Assembly (NCBI GenBank): GCA_002269645.1
Contig: NIVC01002297.1
Coordinates: forward strand, 62,001-126,000
Length of the DNA stretch: 64,000 nucleotides
Direction of reading: 5' to 3'
Source: Macrostomum lignano
Taxonomy: Eukaryota
Every line of letters starts with the position of its first letter. Within the stretch, counting starts at the first letter, position 1. This document shows, one piece after another, positions 57,489-64,000 of this stretch. The notes beneath the pieces are model-generated. The model worked only from the letters and a program-made list of their open reading frames with translations. It did no database searches and was not told where the DNA came from. The position numbers and the translations under genes are program-made.

Positions 57489-60400
57489 ATTTTTGCTTTC
57501 TGCCTGTTGCTGTGACAACCGGCTGAAAGTAAATCTAACCAGTTTTATTATCATATTTGCATTTGTTGCTACGCTGCGTTGCTTAATTATCAATTAATAC
57601 TTGAGACTGTTTTGAATGGCTCACTATCTAACCTCAATAAATTATATTTTTTCCAAGCTGGTTAAGAAAAAGTTTTTTTACTACTTTATAAAATTATTTC
57701 ATCATTCGTATTTGGCTACTTCTTGTCAGTAGCGTTTTGTGATCAAAGTTTGTTATGTGAATTTTTAATCTTTTATTGATTTCATTTTCGCTGGCTATGA
57801 AAGCTTGAGATGATATCTTAGTCGTTTGCGATTTTTATTGTTGATATATTTGATTATTTTTGTACAGAAAGCTTTTACGCTTCTCAAACTTTACTTGAGG
57901 TATTTTGGTCGCTGAAGCACCGCTGTCACCTGCCCACATCCTCCCTCAGTTACTAAGCCAGCCTCCCAGATCCTCAGTTGCTGGGCCAGCCTCCCAGATC
58001 CTCAGTTGCTGAGCCAGCCTCCCAGATCCTCAGTTGCTGGGCCAGCCTCCCAGATCCTCAGTTGCTGGGCCAGCCTCCCAGATCCTCAGTTGCTGAGCCA
58101 GCCTCCCAGATCCTCAGTTGCTGGGCCAGCCTCCCAGATCCTCAGTTTCTGAGCCAGCCTCCCAGATCCTCAGTTGCTGGGCCAGCCTCCCAGATCCTCA
58201 GTTGCTGGGCCAGCCTCCCAGATCCTCAGTTGCTGAGCCAGCCTCCCAGATCCTCAATTGCTGGGCCAGCCTCCCAGAGTGTCAGTTGCTGGGCCAGCCT
58301 CCCAGATCCTCAGTAGCTGGGCCAGCCTCCCAGATCCTCAGTTGCTGGGCCAGCCTCCCAGATCCTCAGTTGCTGGGCCAGCCTCCCAGATCCTCAGTTG
58401 CTGGGCCAGCCTCCCAGATCCTCAGTTTCTGAGCCAGCCTCCCAGATCCTCAGTTGCTGGGCCAGCCTCCCAGATCCTCAGTTGCTGGGCCAGCCTCCCA
58501 GATCCTCAGGTGCTGTGCCAGCCTCTAAAAATGTGACCTAGTGTTTCACCCACTTTTGTTATGTTAAGTCGTTTAGCTGAACACTGATTGAACTCAGTAG
58601 TGGATTGAAGTGCTATTGATTATTCTAAACTTCAGCAGTATTTCTGTAGTAAAAAGAATATTTTAACAATAAGTCAACTGCATCTTTTGACGTACGTCTT
58701 AAGCGTACTACAGACTCAATTTCTGTCGTAATTTATGGTTGCTTTATATTTTTATACAATCATTGTATCTGTGTTAAGATGATAGATCCTTAGTCAATAT
58801 ATTCTCCTATTCGCTAATTATTCTTTATAGGTATTCCAGTTATATAACAGAGAAAGTTATGGAGTGTCGGATATGTAATCTTGTCCTTTTTTAAATGCAA
58901 TAAATTAGCCATGTAAATCGGATCATTTCTATTTCTAATTTTGTCGAAAAAATTACTGCTTAAAGTTTTTTTGTTGGATATAGTTTTCTTGTTTAAGTTC
59001 AGATGGAGATAGCCATTTAGCGTGAGGTCCGATGTACATTCAGGAGAGAGAGAGACTATAGTGTGTGGGATTGGGTCCGATGTACATTCAGAATAGAGAG
59101 ACTATAGTGTGTGTGGGATATGGTCCGATGTACATTCAGAATAGAGAGACTATAGTGGGTGTGGGATTGGGTCCGATGTACATTCAGAATAGAGAGACTA
59201 ATAGTGGGTGTGGGATTGGGTCCGATATACATTCAGAATAGAGAGACTATAGTGGGTGTGGGATATGGTCCGATGTACATTCAGAATAGAGAGACATAGT
59301 GGGTGTGGGATTGGGTCCGATATACATTCAGAATAGAGAGACTATAGTGTGTGTGGGATATGGTCCGATGTACATTCAGAATAGAGACTATAGTGGGTGT
59401 GGGATTGGGTCCGATGTACATTCAGAATAGAGAGACTATAGTGGGTGTGGGATTGGGTCCGATGTACATTCAGAATAGAGAGACTATAGTGGGTGTGGAA
59501 TTGGGTCCGATGTACATTCAGAATAGAGATACTATAGTGGGTGTGGGATTGGGTCCGATGTACATTCAGAATAGAGACTATAGTGGGTGTGGGATTGGGT
59601 CCGATGTACATTCAGAATAGAGAGACTATAGTGTGTGTGGGATTGGGTCCGATGTACATTCAGAATAGAGAGACTATAGTGGGTGTGGGATTGGGTCCGA
59701 TGTACATTCAGAATAGAGACTATAGTGGGTGTGGGATTGGGTCCGATGTACATTCAGAATAGAGACTATAGTGGGTGTGGGATTGGGTCCGATGTACATT
59801 CAGAATAGAGAGACTATAGTGGATGTCTATTCTGTTTATCACATTGGCTATAGATTAGCAATCCATTCTATTTATCACATTGGCTATAGATTAGCAATCC
59901 ATTCTGTTTATCACATTGGCTATAGATTAGCAATCCATTCTATTTATCACATTGGCTATAGTCCTATAGATTAGCAATCCATTCTGTTTATCACATTGGC
60001 TATAGATTAGCAATCCATTCTATTTATCACATTGGCTATAGATTAGCAATCCATTCTATTTATCACATTGGCTATAGATTAGCAATCCATTCTGTTTATC
60101 ACATTGGCTATAGATTAGCAATCCATTCTGTTTATCACATTGGCTATAGATTAGCAATCCATTCTATTTATCACATTGGCTATAGTCCTATAGATTAGCA
60201 ATCCATTCTGTTTATCACATTGGCTATAGATTAGCAATCCATTCTATTTATCACATTGGCTATAGATTAGCAATCCATTCTGTTTATCACATTGGCTATA
60301 GATTAGCAATCCATTCTATTTATCACATTGGCTATAGTCCTATAGATTAGCAATCCATTCTGTTTATCACATTGGCTATAGATTAGCAATCCATTCTATT

Positions 60401-61115
60401 TATCACATTGGCTATAGATTAGCAATCCATTCTATTCTGTTTATCATCACATTGGCTATAGATTAGCAATCCATTCTATTCTGTTTATCCCATTGGCTAT
60501 AGATTAGCAATCCATTCTATTCTGTTTATCACATTGGCTATAGATTAGCAATCCATTCTATTCTGTTTATCACATTGGCTATAGATTAGCAATCCATTCT
60601 GTTTAACACATTGGCTATAGATTAGCAATCCATTCTGTTTAACACATTGGCTATAGATTAGCAATCCATTCTGTTTAACACATTGGCTATAGATTAGCTA
60701 TCCATTCTGTTTAACACATTGGCTATAGATTAGCTATCCATTCTATTTATCACATTGGCTATAGATTAGCAATCCATTCTGTTTAACACATTGGCTATAG
60801 ATTAGCTATCCATTCTATTTATCACATTGGCTATAGATTAGCAATCCATTCTGTTTATCACATTGGCTATAGATTAGCAATCCATTCTGTTTATCACATT
60901 GGCTATAGATTAGCAATCCATTCTGTTTATCACATTGGCTATAGATTAGCAATCCATTCTGTTTATCACATTGGCTATAGATTAGCAATCCATTCTGTTT
61001 ATCACATTGGCTATAGATTAGCAATCCATTCTGTTTATCACATTGGCTATAGATTAGCAATCCATTCTGTTTATCACATTGGCTATAGATTAGCAATCCA
61101 TTCTCCCAACCGCAG

Positions 61116-61334
61116 CTCGCAGCAGAATACCAGCTGCGTTTCCTAGAAACCTCGGCCAAGTCCGGTTCGAACGTGGAGGAGGCGTTCTTCCTGCTAGCCA
61201 AGGGCATCAAAGCCAAACTGGATGGGAAGCGATCAGCGCCAGGCGCGGCCAGTGGCGCCGCCTCGTCAGAGCAGCGCGGCGGCAAACAGCGCCAACGAGA
61301 GAGCGGCAAGAAGTTTCGGTGCGAAATTTTATAA
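61116..61334 (+). other. Duplicated Rab terminal exon, copy 4
   Basis: Appears identical to 49803-50021, including the acceptor. Confidence 0.92.
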
Positions 61335-64000
61335 ATTTTTGCTTTCTGCCTGTTGCTGTGACAACCGGCTGAAAGTAAATCTAACCAGTTTTATTATCAT
61401 ATTTGCATTTGTTGCTACGCTGCGTTGCTTAATTATCAATTAATACTTGAGACTGTTTTGAATGGCTCACTATCTAACCTCAATAAATTATATTTTTTCC
61501 AAGCTGGTTAAGAAAAAGTTTTTTTACTACTTTATAAAATTATTTCATCATTCGTATTTGGCTACTTCTTGTCAGTAGCGTTTTGTGATCAAAGTTTGTT
61601 ATGTGAATTTTTAATCTTTTATTGATTTCATTTTCGCTGGCTATGAAAGCTTGAGATGATATCTTAGTCGTTTGCGATTTTTATTGTTGATATATTTGAT
61701 TATTTTTGTACAGAAAGCTTTTACGCTTCTCAAACTTTACTTGAGGTATTTTGGTCGCTGAAGCACCGCTGTCACCTGCCCACATCCTCCCTCAGTTACT
61801 AAGCCAGCCTCCCAGATCCTCAGTTGCTGGGCCAGCCTCCCAGATCCTCAGTTGCTGAGCCAGCCTCCCAGATCCTCAGTTGCTGGGCCAGCCTCCCAGA
61901 TCCTCAGTTGCTGGGCCAGCCTCCCAGATCCTCAGTTGCTGAGCCAGCCTACCAGATCCTCAGTTGCTGGGCCAGCCTCCCAGATCCTCAGTTTCTGAGC
62001 CAGCCTCCCAGATCCTCAGTTGCTGGGCCAGCCTCCCAGATCCTCAGTTGCTGGGCCAGCCTCCCAGATCCTCAGTTGCTGAGCCAGCCTCCCAGATCCT
62101 CAATTGCTGGGCCAGCCTCCCAGAGTGTCAGTTGCTGGGCCAGCCTCCCAGATCCTCAGTAGCTGGGCCAGCCTCCCAGATCCTCAGTTGCTGGGCCAGC
62201 CTCCCAGATCCTCAGTTGCTGGGCCAGCCTCCCAGATCCTCAGTTGCTGGGCCAGCCTCCCAGATCCTCAGTTGCTGAGCCAGCCTCCCAGATCCTCAGT
62301 TGCTGGGCCAGCCTCCCAGATCCTCAGTTGCTGGGCCAGCCTCCCAGATCCTCAGGTGCTGTGCCAGCCTCTAAAAATGTGACCTAGTGTTTCACCCACT
62401 TTTGTTATGTTAAGTCGTTTAGCTGAACACTGATTGAACTCAGTAGTGGATTGAAGTGCTATTGATTATTCTAAACTTCAGCAGTATTTCTGTAGTAAAA
62501 AGAATATTTTAACAATAAGTCAACTGCATCTTTTGACGTACGTCTTAAGCGTACTACAGACTCAATTTCTGTCGTAATTTATGGTTGCTTTATATTTTTA
62601 TACAATCATTGTATCTGTGTTAAGATGATAGATCCTTAGTCAATATATTCTCCTATTCGCTAATTATTCTTTATAGGTATTCCAGTTATATAACAGAGAA
62701 AGTTATAGAGTGTCGGATATGTAATCTTGTCCTTTTTTAAATGCAATAAATTAGCCATGTAAATCGGATCATTTCTATTTCTAATTTTGTCGAAAAAAAT
62801 TACTGCTTAAAGTTTTTTTGTTGGATATAGTTTTCTTGTTTAAGTTCAGATGGAGATAGCCATTTAGCGTGAGGTCCGATGTACATTCAGGAGAGAGAGA
62901 GACTATAGTGTGTGGGATTGGGTCCGATGTACATTCAGAATAGAGAGACTATAGTGTGTGTGGGATATGGTCCGATGTACATTCAGAATAGAGAGACATA
63001 GTGGGTGTGGGATTGGGTCCGATGTACATTCAGAATAGAGAGACTATAGTGTGTGTGGGATATGGTCCGATGTACATTCAGAATAGAGAGACTATAGTGG
63101 GTGTGGGATTGGGTCCGATGTACATTCAGAATAGAGAGACTATAGTGTGTGTGGGATATGGTCCGATGTACATTCAGAATAGAGATACTATAGTGTGTGT
63201 GGGATATGGTCCGATGTACATTCAGAATAGAGACTATAGTGGGTGTGGGATTGGGTCCGATGTACATTCAGAATAGAGAGACTATAGTGGGTGTGGGATT
63301 GGGTCCGATGTACATTCAGAATAGAGACTATAGTGGGTGTGGGATTGGGTCCGATGTACATTCAGAATAGAGAGACTATAGTGTGTGTGGGATATGGTCC
63401 GATGTACATTCAGAATAGAGAGACTATAGTGTGTGTGGGATATGGTCCGATGTACATTCAGAATAGAGACTATAGTGGGTGTGGGATTGGGTCCGATGTA
63501 CATTCAGAATAGAGAGACTATAGTGGGTGTGGGATTGGGTCCGATGTACATTCAGAATAGAGAGACTATAGTGGGTGTGGGATTGGGTCCGATGTACATT
63601 CAGAATAGAGAGACTATAGTGTGTGTGGGATATGGTCCGATGTACATTCAGAATAGAGATACTATAGTGTGTGTGGGATATGGTCCGATGTACATTCAGA
63701 ATAGAGACTATAGTGGGTGTGGGATTGGGTCCGATGTACATTCAGAATAGAGAGACTATAGTGGGTGTGGGATTGGGTCCGATGTACATTCAGAATAGAG
63801 ACTATAGTGGGTGTGGGATTGGGTCCGATGTACATTCAGAATAGAGATACTATAGTGGGTGTGGGATATGGTCCGATGTACATTCAGAATAGAGATACTA
63901 TAGTGGGTGTGGGATATGGTCCGATGTACATTCAGAATAGAGATACTATAGTGGGTGTGGGATTGGGTCCGATGTACATTCAGAATAGAGAGACTATAGT

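Larger units (their letters stand above)
49020..64000 (+). repeat. Tandem segmental array (macrosatellite), 3.5-3.9-kb unit, four copies running to the window end
   Basis: Unit = 36-bp minisatellite A + Rab last exon + 3' UTR + 28-bp minisatellite B + about 500-bp unique spacer + 46-48-bp minisatellite C. Exon spacings 3937, 3530 and 3846 bp. Confidence 0.95.

Noticed and set aside
50489-64000. Repeat arrays resembling CRISPR
   Set aside because: Units are directly adjacent with no unique spacers, there are no cas genes, and the context is eukaryotic.

Overview
Eukaryotic (animal) genomic DNA with GC-rich exons, AT-rich spacers and introns full of private minisatellites. This style suggests a flatworm such as Macrostomum (inference only). 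Most long ORFs in the six-frame track are just translated tandem repeats. Manual splicing gives four host-type genes: a 6-exon epsin (+, 5053-10405), a 3-exon GAPR-1/GLIPR2-like CAP gene (-, 19032-14697), a 2-exon orphan whose product resembles a RelE/YafQ-family toxin fold (+, 37524-38803) and a 4-exon Rab8-family GTPase (+, 46058-50021). The centre holds a 13.85-kb CACTA/EnSpm (CMC) DNA transposon (21018-34871) with CCCGATTGAAAATC terminal inverted repeats and subterminal repeat arrays. It carries a 3-exon DDE transposase, a second transposase remnant, a frameshifted F-box/LRR cargo gene, a nested hAT MITE and a 2-exon coiled-coil/BEN-domain gene. Its right end cuts off the gag of an LTR retrotransposon (5' LTR and tRNA-Lys PBS intact). 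Also present are a 5'-truncated LINE in an intron and two C-type lectin pseudogenes. From about 49 kb to the window end is a 3.5-3.9-kb tandem array that repeats the Rab terminal exon four times. No database searches were run; family calls come from motif recognition.
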